A DNA stretch of 64,000 nt from Schmidtea polychroa (GCA_044892525.1 CM097887.1:16802001-16866000), one strand, 5' to 3'. Numbered from the stretch's first letter, positions 40,091-53,945 are shown. Numbers and translations are program-made. The notes: generated by a model from the letters alone, not told the origin.

Positions 40091-41649
40091 TGATATTCTC
40101 GATATTCATAAAGAAATTATAAAAAATTAAAAAAAATAGAATAAATTAAAAAGTAATAATTAGAATAATATAGAAAAAAATTTTAAAAAATAGGGTTTGA
40201 AAATCAAAATTGACACATTTATTGAAATATTTAAATAGCATATATAAGTAGTTATTGGAGGCTTTATTTAAAATATTTTCAAATATTTTATTAGGCTTCT
40301 AGAAGCTAATTATAGAAGCTGTAAAAAATTTAAAAATTTTTAGTTTGTGTCATTTTGAAATTTTAAATGTAAAAATTTTAAAAGTTTTTAGTAAAACAAT
40401 TCATTATATTTACAACCAATGAGAATTAAGAGAAAGGAAATAAAAGAAAGATTGAAAGGTATTTTGGGGAAGAACATTGCTAAATTCCAGGAGATTGACA
40501 AGGACTATCTTATAGTCGAAAATTCTTTCATTAAATACATTATTTGCAGCAAAAGGCTTAAATTATCATTTTATTGTTTTAAATAATAAATGCTGCNNNN
40601 NNNNNNNNNNNNNNNNNNNNNNNNNNNNNNNNNNNNNNNNNNNNNNNNNNNNNNNNNNNNNNNNNNNNNNNNNNNNNNNNNNNNNNNNNNNNNNNNNNNN
40701 NNNNNNNNNNNNNNNNNNNNNNNNNNNNNNNNNNNNNNNNNNNNNNNNNNNNNNNNNNNNNNNNNNNNNNNNNNNNNNNNNNNNATATCTTTACCTTCTC
40801 TTTATGGATTTTCCTTCTGTTCAAATGAAAACATACTTTAAAATGTATTCATATTCCAGAGAATTTTAATAATTCAATCCTTTATATGTTATATTTAATT
40901 CTTCTCTGAAACATTTTGATGGTTAATAATAAGTTAAATTGAATATAAATACACAACTTGAAAAAAATACTCAAACGTCGAAAAATCAACGTCCAATATA
41001 TGAGATTTCATAATATTTTATTTGCTATCAAATTATAAATAGAAAATCTTTAGTAATCATAGAATAATATCAAATTTCCAATCAATATTTTCATCATTTT
41101 GATCTGATCGCAGGATTATATGAGATTATATTGTTTTTCATTTTGTAAGAAAATCTTGATTTTTCTACACTCTGTATTGATGAATCCGTTGCTCTGACTT
41201 AGTGGCTGAGTTATCTTTGGAGGACAAAATCTGTTAATAATTCTAACATATATTTTTGCTTGAATTTTTTGGATTTTAAACCATCTTTAAATTCTTGAGA
41301 AATTCAATGATTTTCATGTTCAAATCACGCACTTGTTTAGTGTTTCCTTCAACAATTGCATGTTTTGGCTGGCCTCGACGTTCATCATTATATTATCTTT
41401 ACGGCTTTCCTTAAATTGTTTTTGATAAACAAAGACCATCAGAAGCATTTCGAAACATTTACTATTGAGTGGAGCGTTTCTTTTGGATTTTTGCCTTTTT
41501 CTAAATACAACACCTAATGCTTGCTCTTTGGTTTTTATTCTCATTTCGACCATGGTGTACGAAATACTATCTGTTTATATGCCACAACGCAAATTTTAAT
41601 TACCGAAATGCTAATAAAGTTTGACAGAATTATTATAGGACTTGATTAT

Positions 41650-41720
41650 GAGAAACGCCACTCAAACACGTTTCACACTATATATCTCGACAGATGTCCT
41701 GTCATCATCAGGTAGGATAG
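41650..41720 (-). ncRNA. Hammerhead-like motif, paralog of the 12.0 kb motif (core GAAA changed to GAGA)
   Basis: CTGATGA-T-[GACAG gacat CTGTC]-GAGA-TATATA-GTG...AGTGGCG. Confidence 0.45.
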
Positions 41721-42749
41721 AAAATCCAATAGATATTATAGATTTAATGAATAAATTACAAAATTAATTAAACTCAGATAATTGAACAGTTTTTAAAATG
41801 AAAATCTTTATTCATCTTACCAATTAATCACTAAAAGTATTTTTAAAAGAAAAATTTTTCACTCAATAAATTAACCATTCAATAAATTTGAAAACGACAC
41901 CAACAATTTGTATACACTCAATTTACCATCCAAACTAGTTAAAAACATTCAAAATCCAAGTTTTCACAGTATTTTGCACATTACTTTTCTGATCAAATGA
42001 TCTTATCAACAAATCTTTACATATTTACATTGCAAATAATTAATAAAAAATTTAAAGTCGGGAATGTTCACTAATATTGTTTAACCCTTTAATGTATACA
42101 CGTCATACTACTGCGTTCTGTAACAGCAACTAAAAAAGTGCGTCCGCGAAAGGGTTAATTCTTTCCAGTCGACAATTTTCAAGAATGTTCAATAGTTTTA
42201 TTAATTAGGTTAACAGCATAATTATTCTCATATTGATTTTGCTCCAGTTATTGCATAATCTTTCATGCCAATAATAATAAAATAATTTCACTAAAATACC
42301 GAAAGAAAATATTAAATTAATCATTTTTAATTAATTAAGTAGAGGACTTTGGGAAATGTGTCCCGTTGGCTTGAAAACTAATTTTACTAAAAAACTTTTT
42401 TCAGACCTTACATCCTAAAAATATATTTTCAAGAATATTTCACTTGTTTTTATAATTTAATCACTTGTTTAAATGAAGTGATTTAATTTTTTAATTAATT
42501 ATATATATATTTTTAAATTAATATTTATTTATTTATTTTGATTTATTTTTATAATTATAATATTTTACGTATTTTTCTATCGATATTTTTGCAATCAGGA
42601 TTTTTTGGTCAAATGTAAATCTGAAAATCACACTATAGTTAGAGGGTTTTTTTTTACGTCTCTATATCAAATTTTTAATTAACGTTTTGTTTAAAATTAC
42701 TTTTAAAATTACAAAATTACTTTAAAATATAAATGTCACTTCATACATT

Positions 42750-43600
42750 TTTATTGTAAAGTAACTTTGTTTAAAGAAGTTTGAATTTTTAAAAATAAAT
42801 TTTTTGTTTAAATGAAGTGATTAATTTTAATTTAAAGTAATTTTGTTTAAATAAAGTGATGTCAATTTTTTAATTAACTTATCTTAATAAATCGATATTT
42901 ATTTTTAAAAAGTAAAACGTTTATTTAAATGAAATTATATAATTTTAATTTATTTGTTTGAAAAAGTTTGAATTTTTAAAAATAAATTTTTTGTTTAAAT
43001 GAAGTGATTATTTTTAATTTAAAGTAATTTTATTTAAATGAAGTGATGCCAATTTTTTAATTAACTTCTTATCTTAATAAATTGATATTTATTTTTAAAA
43101 AGTAAAACGTTTGTTTAAGTGAAATTATATAATTTTAATTTTTTTTCTTTTTAATTGCGTGAATAATAAAAAATTATTATAATTGATAATTGAAAACTAA
43201 TTTTGGCGAAGTTTTTTAATTAAATAATATAATATATAGATTGTACCGATAAATAACGTAATTACCATTTTTGAAATAATTTTTTTGTTTAAATGAAATG
43301 ATTAACTTGTTGTTTAAATAAAGTGATATATATTTAACAAAGTTACACTTTTATTTAAATGAAATTTTATAATTTAAATTTATTTGTTTGAAGAAATTTT
43401 TAAAAATATGTTTTTTGTTTAAATGAAGTGATTAATTTTAATTTAAAGTTATTTTGTTTAAATAACTTATCTGAGAATAAATTAATATTTATTTTTAAAA
43501 AGTAAAACGTTTGTTTAAGTGAAATTATATAATTTTAATTTTTGTTTAAATGAAGAAATAATTGAAAGCTAATTGAAAACTAACAAAAGTGATAGATTTT
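42750..43600. repeat. Degenerate tandem repeat, ~180-bp period, built from TTTAAATGAAGTGAT submotifs
   Basis: 42770-42950 nearly repeats at 42955-43140 and partly at 43350-43560. Confidence 0.75.
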
Positions 43601-44844
43601 AATTTAAAGTAATTTTCCCTTAAAGAAGTTAAATTAATGTAACAAATAGTTTATTTTCAAGTAAACAAAAATGTAAATTATTGAAATTAATATCCAAAAA
43701 GTTAATAATTAAATAATTAAAGTTTATCTTGATATCATGGAAATTTAAAATAATAATTGAATAATAATTGCGTTAATTTTTGTTTGAAAATTTTACAATA
43801 AACAGAATTTTCAATAAACTAAAGCGGCCTAACATGTGCTGGATTTACTTTTACTGTTGAATCGACAGCACTCTGATTTTATCTTAACCTGCATTTCTGT
43901 CTGTTTCTTTTCCATTGCATACTATCACATCCACTTGAAATTCTCCCATATATAGTTTGTCGTTATGCTTGTCGGGTCACAAAATTGATTTTTATCCCTA
44001 AATAACATGAAAAATGCCACTCTAAAAAAATTGCGAATAAAAAATATAGATTGGAATAATACGAAAATATTTTTTCTAGTGCTTTGCAAAATAATTTTTT
44101 ACTATTTCCGCTAAAGATTGTTTATGAATCTTTTACTCTAAATCTTTTTCCAATAGCATTTTGACAATTATTACATCTGAAACATTTCTTGATTTCATAC
44201 ATTTTGAATTTGTTACTGTTAGGATATGAATTTCCAACTTTTTAGACTAAATTATANNNNNNNNNNNNNNNNNNNNNNNNNNNNNNNNNNNNNNNNNNNN
44301 NNNNNNNNNNNNNNNNNNNNNNNNNNNNNNNNNNNNNNNNNNNNNNNNNNNNNNNNNNNNNNNNNNNNNNNNNNNNNNNNNNNNNNNNNNNNNNNNNNNN
44401 NNNNNNNNNNNNNNNNNNNNNNNNNNNNNNNNNNNNNNNNNNNNNNNNNNNNNNNNNNNNNNNNNNNNNNNNNNNNNNNNNNNNNNNNNNNNNNNNNNNN
44501 NNNNNNNNNNNNNNNNNNNNNNNNNNNNNNNNTTAAATAATAAAATATTTAAAATATTTGTCGAAGAATGTGCATCTTGATTTAAACACATTTCAACTAT
44601 TTTATTTGATTTCCAAAGATCTGTAATAAACAGCAGACATTCCATCCGTTGTCATTAAAGACGTATTACTTGAAGAAATTTCTTCTAGCTCCAAATTAGA
44701 ATTTGTCACTTCATTCTGTTTATCCTTTAATTTATATCAAAATTTTCTCTATTGAATAGTTGGAAATAACATATAGTTTCTTTAAAACAATTATTTTACC
44801 TAAATCTATTTTATTACATAAATTGCTAATATTTTCTTCATGAG

Positions 44845-44846
44845 TA

Positions 44847-44906
<60 letters not shown>

Positions 44907-44930
44907 CAATAATAATAATAATAATAATAT
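44845..44930. repeat. (TAA)n microsatellite
   Basis: Direct reading. Confidence 0.95.
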
Positions 44931-44959
44931 AAATAAAAACGCCAAATCCAATATATCTC

Positions 44960-45453
44960 CATTTTCAAGTTCTGGATAACTGTCGACTGAGCGAATTGAC
45001 ACAATTTTATGTTTAGGTTCACATTTTTGTATTTGGAATCTTATACCGTTTGCGTAAATATTTTGAACAAGAAGTTTTGTATTCTATGTTGTAAAGTGGC
45101 TTCTAATTCCTGTTTTTTTTAACTTCGTGTGTGTTAGTGTATTTCACGTCCTACTCAGATTGTGTTCAGATCTTGGTTATTAATATATTTATGTCATACC
45201 CATCATCTCCGTTCTCAAGTTCTTGATCACTATTGACTGAACGAATTGATTAATATTAGTAAACACAATTTTGTGAAAAATTTATTGATATATTGCATGA
45301 TTTCAACTTTTGTGAATTTTGAAAGTTTGAATTGAGAAAACAGAATTTTATGAATTTTTAGCAAAATTATATAAAAAAAAATTAATGAATTAGTTTGTTT
45401 AAAAAAGAGCAATTTAGATTGATTTAGTTTGAATTTCAATTCAACCTGACGAT
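44960..45453 (+). mobile_element. Diverged copy of the PLE-derived 3' region found at 55.6-56.1 kb (opposite orientation)
   Basis: Collinear similarity to the reverse complement of 55640-56110; ends CCTGACGAT at the gap edge. Confidence 0.8.
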
Positions 45454-46698
45454 NNNNNNNNNNNNNNNNNNNNNNNNNNNNNNNNNNNNNNNNNNNNNNN
45501 NNNNNNNNNNNNNNNNNNNNNNNNNNNNNNNNNNNNNNNNNNNNNNNNNNNNNNNNNNNNNNNNNNNNNNNNNNNNNNNNNNNNNNNNNNNNNNNNNNNN
45601 NNNNNNNNNNNNNNNNNNNNNNNNNNNNNNNNNNNCTTCAAATGTCAAGTATATTCAAAACAAAAATCAGTGGCAATGTTCCGCTATGAAATAGTCCTTT
45701 TCAATCTGCGTATGCAAATAGTTTTAATATGATCGTTTTATTAGAATAACTCGCCTTTTGATTGGATCTAGATTTAATTTCAAAATAAAATTTATTCCAA
45801 TAATTTTATTTTTTAAAAACTTTCAATTTTAAAATAGATAATTAACATGAAAAATATCTTGCAAATATTAATAAATATGCTTAAAATCGAATAATTTCTC
45901 ATTTTTTCAACACTAGATTTTCTTAGGTGAGGGTTGAAAAGAATAGATAAGCATGTATAATGTTTCTAAATTGGGAATGACAGCAATAGCTCCATGTGAA
46001 ATAGTACAGTTATAGAACCCCTACATAAATATAGAAAGAAAATTAATTTAAGAAAATCTTAATCTATGCTAAATTCTTTTTGCGAAGCTTTAACTTAAAA
46101 ATAGTCGTTTTCGAATTCCTAAAAAGGACTTTTGACATCTACAATAAAGCTATAATTTTTAACTGTGCACATTTGTTTGTTTATGTTTTTATCAATAACT
46201 AATTTAGGATGCATATTATAATTTGGGTAAATGTGTATTCGATACATAAGGTATACACATGTTAGAAAAGGCTTTTCTTTTTATTGATTTTGTTAAGATA
46301 AATAAGGGTAAATAAACAAACTAAAATACCAAGTTTTCTCTCGCAATTAGTTAACAAAACTACTGACAAATGTAAGAAAAAGAACTATTTCAAGACAGGT
46401 CTGATTAAAAAAGACTCATCGAAACTTATACCTCATGGAGTTTGTATAATTTTTAATATCTTTGTAAAAAAGTCATATGGCATCAGATATGAATATGTAA
46501 AATGCATAATATGCATATTTCAAAAAATATCATAAAAATATGTATTTATAGAATTTCGTATTTATAGAAAAATATGTATTTATAGATTTACCCTAAACAA
46601 TAGACCAATTTTCATTTTCTATTTAACAATAATCTAATCTGTGAGACTGAAAACAGTTCAAAGATGAGAAAGATCAAATATTTGAATGATATATCTAA

Positions 46699-47400
46699 CT
46701 AGTATAGCAACCCGTCAAGCATGACGGGAAAAGTTAAAATGATAATGAAAATAAAGTTAATTTTTTGTAAATTTTATTTTAAAAATTTGTCAAGTAACTT
46801 AAAGTTAAATTTTACATGTCAAACATTTCCTGATAAACTATATTGTGAGTGAAATTCCTTCTATTTTTGAGCAACTTTCCTTGTTGTGGCCCTGGAGAGA
46901 TGAATATTTTTATTCTGTCTCGATTTCTTGATCTCGATAAAGTTACGTAGAATTGTCCATGTTAGAAAACCGGGTTGTTCAAAAAGATTCACACATGGTC
47001 ATAAGTCTGTCCTTGAGATTTGTTAATTGCAACAGCAAATTCAGGAATCACTGGGAACTGTCTGCGCCTCAAAATAAACGGTAAACTCACGTCACTTTGT
47101 ACTAAGTCAATCCTTGGAATGTTGACTATATCACCTCGGTTTAATTCTGAAAGTATCTTTGCTTTAATCGAATGCTGTTGTAAACTGGTGATGATAAGTC
47201 TGATAAGTCTAGCTGCATCCACCTGCCTTCAAGCTTTCCGTTGATCCTTAGTTTCATTAGGGTGTTTTTGTTGACGTTGAATTCTGTTCTTCGCACGCTT
47301 ACGTTCCATCTCCTCCGGACTAAGTCTTTTTTGTTAGTTTTTACCCATTCCTTAAAATAGGACCAGTTTTGATTTGATCCGGGACACGTACAACCAAACA
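46699..47400 (-). mobile_element. Internally deleted Helitron
   Basis: 3' hairpin CCCGTCA-agca-TGACGGG (46711-46728) plus CTAG|T; helicase relic RRQFPVIPEFAVAINKSQGQT joined to an N-terminal charged-repeat relic (NETKDQRKA*RQVDAARL). Confidence 0.85.
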
Positions 47401-47479
47401 AACAAATTAATGATGGCTATTATATTATTAATATTTTTGAATAAATAGTTAAACATACATGGCAACGATTTAATTATAA

Positions 47480-47543
47480 AAAAGCGCCACTCAAACATTA
47501 GGTTTTAAAATACGACAGTTTTCCTGTCATCATCAGGTAGTAT
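47480..47543 (-). ncRNA. Third hammerhead-like paralog, core degenerate, interrupted by a hAT MITE
   Basis: CTGATGA-T-[GACAG gaaaa CTGTC]-GTAT...TGAGTGGCG. Confidence 0.35.
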
Positions 47544-47909
47544 CAGGGCTGTAACAAGGCATTATTGCGCCCTGTTTTTTTCACTATTTATTCATCTCCA
47601 GCTATTATAATAGGTAGTAATGCTCTTAAAATTCTTTTGCCAATTGAAAAAATGACAGGGGCCCATTTTGTGGACTAACATTTTACAAAATACACACCTA
47701 CAAAGGGACGCTAATGGACCAGTTCAATCAGCAATGTTAATAATAGGCTTATTAGGGCGTCGTTTTGCAAGCCATTTGATATTTTCTTTTATTTATATTT
47801 TGTTATTTTTTGGTAACATTAAAAAAAATGTTACATTCCAATTTTGCGCCCCTTTCAGATGTGTGCCCTGTGCGACTGCACCACTCTCACCACCCTTATA
47901 ACGGCCCTG
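47544..47909. mobile_element. hAT-type MITE
   Basis: TIR CAGGGCTGTAACAAGG / CCCTTATAACGGCCCTG; 8-bp TSD GGTAGTAT/GGTAGGAT; empty site seen in the 41.7 kb paralog. Confidence 0.85.
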
Positions 47910-48974
47910 GGTAGGATAGAATAACTATAGAAATTATATCATTTGTTTATATAAAAATTATAATTTAAATAATAAATTATTTTTTTATTTTTGCAACTAA
48001 AAAGAAATTTTAAAATATTGACATTTAAAATTATCCGATTTAATAATTTAATAATTATTTAATTTAACAACAATCCATTGAGTGACGCTTTCTTATATCT
48101 ATTATTCTTTACTTTCGTAATTCCATCTCATTTTTTCCTTGATTTTTTATTTACATTTATTAATGTAAAATTTTTACAAAGTTTGGTAAAAAGTTAATAA
48201 TAACGTGAATTAAAAATAAATTATAAAGACCTTTGGAAACGTATCACTCTATAATGAACGATTAGAAAAGATAATGAAAACCATTTGAGACATTTAAAGA
48301 TTTTCTTAGTTATTCTTTTTAATATCACAATATTATGATAAATTAAAGGATCACTTTTCTCAAACGAGATTTGATTTGATGACGCAACTATTGTCAAATT
48401 CCAATCATTGCCACGCTCATCATAATCTGAAGTGTTGAATTTCATAATGATCATTATACTAATATCAAAATTGATCACTACTTGACCGAAGGAAGTTTTC
48501 TGTCATTTGTCCAGTACAGATTTATTATTTGAATTTATATTCAATGAAGATTAAATTTTATATGTAAATTACTGTATAATTTTCACGTAGATTTATTTCA
48601 AAGTGTGTAGAATTTTATAATGAGTTACGATATCTAAATTATTTAACTTTAATTTGCTTAATTAAATTAAATTAAATTATTTATTATTATTATCGTAGAA
48701 AAATACTTTTTAAATGAATATAACTCCAATAGGTAAAATACACAAAATGAACATGTCAACAAACCAGTAATATACCTACGCTTTCGTTTCTTAAACAATA
48801 AGACATGTAATATAATAAGATTTTACATTCGTAATACGGGGTTGCCAGTGTATATTCGCTCAACTTTTACACCTCTGCACCTTTGAAATCACAATTTTGG
48901 AAATCTAAAAAATCTCCAACATCAGACCTGTTTCATCGAGATTGTCTATGCCAATCCTCTACCAAATGTTTTTG

Positions 48975-49250
48975 TTTTTCAAAAAACATTTAATACCAAA
49001 TCACTTGCACAAGATGCGACGCAACGTATATAGGGGAAACACATAGAACGTTCCAAAAAAAACTCAATGAACACATCAAAAACAAAACCAGTAATTATCA
49101 CGAACACTGGAAAAAGTACACAAATCAGCACCACTCTCGTACACGAAACAAAATGCAACATATTACAAGATACGTTCAAAAATACATTATAAAGATTAGC
49201 CACAGAAACTCTTTTTATCAAAAAACATAAACCTCAGTCAACATTCAATT
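48975..49250 (+). mobile_element. Penelope-like GIY-YIG relic
   Basis: YQITCTRCDATYIGETHRTFQKKLNEH...RLATETLFIKKHKP. Confidence 0.75.
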
Positions 49251-49454
49251 AAATTAAATTTCAGGGACATTTATTTAATAAAAACTTGTTAAAAAATTCC
49301 AATTACAAAATTAAAAAAATAATAATATAAGAAATATCTAAAATCTTAATATCATTTAAAATGTAATTTCAAATTAAAATTTACCAAAAATCTAACATAA
49401 AATACAAAATAAATTTATTTTTTCCTATAAGTTTTTTCTTATAATGATCAAAAT

Positions 49455-49600
49455 CACTCAGAAAAAGGCAGTGCCGAAAATTCGTGAATATTAAAAAATA
49501 TTGATATATTTATTGATTCATAGTCAAGCTTTTTTAATAAATACAATGTCAATTGAAAAGAAATCATTGGTGAAAATTGAAAAAAGTTCTTATAATATTA
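49455..49600 (+). repeat. Dispersed repeat family A copy
   Basis: AAATCACT...GGCAGTGCCGAAAATTCGTGAATAT. Confidence 0.75.
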
Positions 49601-50339
49601 TTAGATGTTATTATATGAATATTTTCAAAAAGAATAACACATACAGTTGTCTTGACATAAAATCTTGATTGTGTACCTAAACTGAAACAAATCTATCCCA
49701 TAAATACATTATATTATTTCATAAATGAAAGATATATTAACAAAAAAAGCAGATCATACACATTTAACCATCCTATAACATGTTAGATATGTTCATAGAA
49801 AATACCGTATTAAATGAGGCTAAGAGCCATTACAAAATGGAGAGATGTGTTCAGAAAACATTTTAAAATACAATAAATATGTAAATCACCCCAGAAACTA
49901 TTTCCACTAAATCCGGTTCGCCAACTCCTTCTTTCACTATTAATTCTTGGACTGGTTTACATAACACAATATACGGCTCATGGCAAATTAATATCCCAAT
50001 ATAATTACGTCACAGTTCTCTAACCGATTGGCGTTTGTTCCTTGTATTTCAAGCCATACAAAAAACTTATAAGTAATTACGTGAGTTATGAATACATAAT
50101 AATGGAGATACTAGATCATATGATACTATAATTTTGATATACTCTTTTATCTTGTATCCTATTATAAACTTAATTTCTATTGTTTCGTGTTTCATTTAGT
50201 GTATTGTACAGACCTCTTACATTGAGTGATCAATTTGATTAAATAATAAGTACTATTAATCTGCTTACAAATTAAGATCATTGTTATTTCTATATACAGT
50301 CTACGGCAAAACAATTAGTAGAATAATTCTTACACAAAT

Positions 50340-52300
50340 ATCAAAGAAGGCTACTTGTTTTATTGCAAATATACAATGTTCGCTGTCTGAAAGCTGTAGT
50401 CATTCAGATGGTCTATTTCCAGAATCCTCGAACTTTTTAGAAAATGATCCTGCAATATTTTTATGACCCTCATCTCCTAGAGTAAAAGTACATGTTATAA
50501 TATATACATATACAAAGTGTTCATAAATTCCATCTGCAATTAACATACCTAGAGCTAAGAACCCTAATGTGTGAGAAAGAACCTGTAAAAAGCAAAAGAA
50601 GATACACTTAAATTCTTTATTGTTCTTGTTAATTTTCAACATGTCCACCATCATTATTATTACAAAGGGAATGCGATTTTGTAGTTTTCTGAAAACATTT
50701 CCGAGTATATTTTACCATCCTATCACCTTACCAGTCTTTCTTGTACGGATTTCTAAAACTCTTTTGACCAGAAGGGTAGATTTTAGTTCAGTCAGTCAAT
50801 GAACACAGTTTAATTTCTCTTTTAATGAAATCATTCATTGTATTTTTCTACTTGTTTTGAAGAATAACATTTTAAAAAGTACGTGATATTATTCAAAAGA
50901 ACTTTTAAAGTGATGAACAATATACCAATTTAATAAACTGCACGAATTGGATTCTTTTATTTCTTTATTTATACTTATGACATTCTCATATCCTAAATCC
51001 AGGAGTTCTAATTCTAATATTATAAAATAAAAAATCTCTAAATGACAATATTAGAAGCTGCTAACACATCGTCTAAATTATTTTTTAAATCCGGTTCAAA
51101 AGTTAACGTCATAATTCCAAGTATTTATTTAATGAAATATTGTATAATTTTCAAACAAATTTTCAGCATTGATCAAAATATTAAAAAAAACCATTTATTA
51201 AAATTTCGATATTTAAAATATATTTATTTACAATGATTTACTAATAAAAAGCTTGTTTAATTTTTCAATTTAAAAATTTCAATTTAAAATATTTAATTTA
51301 AAAATTATTTTAAAAGTTATTTTAATATTCAATTATTTATCATTTTAAATTATCTTAATAAAGCATTGAAATATTTAATTCTCAGCTGAAGACACCTCAC
51401 AAACAGTATTGAAAATAAGTTTTGGGATTTCATTTCATAGTTCAAAAGACATTAAATGATACAGGAGTGTATAGCAAATTTCCGTTAATTAAAAAAACTT
51501 TGCAACTAATAGCTAACTCAAATCAAATAACTTATCTAATTGAATAGTAGTAGGGCCCTTAGGCACAGACATATTAACCCCTATTCTGAAAAATAAAATC
51601 AGTTATTACAGAAATCAGAATAATAGTAAAATTGTTTGTTTAAATAATAAACAATGATGACATATTTGTTTTATTGAAGGTGTAAAAATTTGACATTAAC
51701 CAGTTAAAGTAAAGTAGTAATATTCTTTGACAAAATCATGCATTACAATAAGTTTGGTTACGAGTGACGTAAAATAACAATATTCTTCCAAGAGAATTTA
51801 TCTTCCCTGAAACATGGGGGTTCTTCCCTCAATCATGGATTCATTGCAGTTTTTTTCTTTTTTATCGCGAAATTCGTGATGATAAGTTCAAATTAAATAT
51901 GACAATTCTAATTATACAAAATGTCAACATGAATATACGGTAGAGTTGTCAAAATTTGAAAAACCGTACACAAGACAGTTGTTTAAAAAACTCGCTATTG
52001 ACACCAAAATATTTTAATTGAGAGAATATTAAAAGAATATTAAATAAAAAAGGTTTTTGAAAAATTTTTAAATAATAATAAAAATATGTTATTTTTTACA
52101 TCCCTCTCTAATTAATGGTTTGCAGGTGCTCACATTTTACACTGGTTAATGTTCTTAATGACATTTTCAAGTAAATTGGTAAAAATTTCATATATAATTT
52201 TATAATCTATATAAATAAACGTAGTTGTAATCACTACTGAATTCTTTGTTTTATCATACCATCCGTAATATTTTGTTGAGTCTCATCTTCACATTTACTT
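50340..52300 (-). CDS. Probable exons of an unresolved minus-strand gene
   Basis: Exon-like islands with splice signals: tttttacag|VLSHTLGFLALGMLIADGIYEHF at 50583; LKERSKCEDETQQNITD G|gtatga near 52260. No consistent model could be built. Confidence 0.3.
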
Positions 52301-52342
52301 CTTTCCTTCAAATAATAAGTTTATAATTAGTAACTAACTTAA

Positions 52343-53065
52343 CCATTTGCCGGGCGCGCGCTCAAATATGAGTGCAAAAAATGTGTACCATTTCGGACGA
52401 GCGCTCACATGTGAGCGCAAACTCATATAGAAAAAATATTGTCCTTTGAATAAGAAATCTGATCCTGGGCGTGGACTAACATATGAGCGATATTTCGAAC
52501 AACATTATTTTACGATATTTATGTTCTAAACTGCCATTTCTTAGGTCATTTTTTTTTATAAACACATGTGAATTTTCGGCTCTACACACATGAATTCCAG
52601 GTTCGTATTTTTTTCATATTTTCTAAAATATCAGTTGTCCAATAACCACGCGCACGACTGCATCGTTTTTGAATTGTTTCACTTCGTTCTTCGGACATTT
52701 CGTGTTTTTCAAACTGTTTTTTTGTTTGTGTGTGTGTGTACACTTTGAACTATTTCATTTTTAACTGTTAAAAATATATTTCATTGATTTATAAAATGGG
52801 TTCATCGAGCGGGTTCATTATTTATAGCCTCACAGTTGACTAATTTTATGATGGGACTCTTATTTAATATCCTAAGAGATGATATCTACACAGTGGCTCT
52901 TATTTTTTTTATATAATAACAATAATTAATAATTAGTGAATACAAACTCGGAAAATTAAAAAAGAAATATTTACGTTATATTTTGATTATATACTATTAA
53001 TTAATGATTTAAAAAAAATAGTTTTTTTGACCGAAAACATGAAAAAAAAATCGCCCGGCAAGTGG
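52343..53065. mobile_element. piggyBac-type non-autonomous element
   Basis: TTAA|CCATTTGCCGGGCG ... CGCCCGGCAAGTGG|TTAA. Confidence 0.88.
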
Positions 53066-53116
53066 TTAATTGTTAATTGCATCATAATAAACAATATTCT
53101 TATTTTGTTTAATTGA

Positions 53117-53439
53117 CTAGCTGGGGTACCCGGCGTTGCACGATTCAAGAAATAGTAAAAAGATTCAAAATAAAGAAATTTATTTCAATTCATTCATTTA
53201 AAAAAATAATTTAAAAAAAACAAAAATTTAATTAAAAAAAATTACATGTAATTTATATATCACTTATGATAAAGCTTGTCGACAGACTATATTTTTAGTT
53301 TTTCCTTCTGATGCAAAAAAACACCCTATGACCTGTCCCGAGTCAAATGAGGGTCACGTGCAAAATTTCAGCACCCTAGGTCCAACGGTGGGGAATTCTA
53401 TGGGTAACAAACAAACAAACTTTCATCTTTATATAGTAG

Positions 53440-53440
<1 letters not shown>
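53117..53440 (-). mobile_element. Non-autonomous Helitron (324 bp)
   Basis: 5' A|TCTACTATATAAAG, 3' GC-rich partial hairpin plus CTAG|T; inserted in an A|T site. Confidence 0.8.

Positions 53441-53444
<4 letters not shown>

Positions 53445-53491
<47 letters not shown>
53445..53491. repeat. (TA)n microsatellite
   Basis: Direct reading. Confidence 0.95.
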
Positions 53492-53492
<1 letters not shown>

Positions 53493-53945
53493 AATATTAG
53501 GTTCTTTAATAAAATGAATAACAAACTTTCAACATATATTGAATATAATAAATATTTTACAAACGATTTAATTATATACACAGTAAATAAACTGAATTTT
53601 TGATCAGCAAGGGTCGGGACTTTTCACAATATAAAGCAATATTCACTTGTTAAATGATTCTGAATTTCTTCCCACAATATTTACCATAAAAATATCCCTT
53701 GGGTTTATTAATATTTTCAAATAAATAGCCTGTTTAACACTACTCGGGTTTTCATTAATTCTTATCTGAGATGATAATGCCGATTTCATATAGCTGTACT
53801 AATTTATATATTCAATATAGCTGTTTTTTTGACATTTTTCTTCTGGTAAATACTCGGCTGTCATAAAAGAACATGGAATATAATTACTGGCTTAACAGCT
53901 GCTATCCCACTTATAATCATTAACCTCTCAACTCCCGTTTAGGGT

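Noticed and set aside
40465-40560. GKNIAK... as TTBK exon 3
   Set aside because: No upstream AG acceptor and no downstream kinase motifs.
42086-42153. TTAA-CCCTTT...AAAGGG-TTAA mini piggyBac element
   Set aside because: TIR match is only 6 bp; probably a chimeric deletion remnant, too weak to call.
44732-45022. Poly-Tyr ORF
   Set aside because: Translation of a (TAA)n microsatellite on the reverse strand.
46398-46435. CTGATTA...CGAAAC hammerhead-like
   Set aside because: Invariant G8 missing and no stem II.
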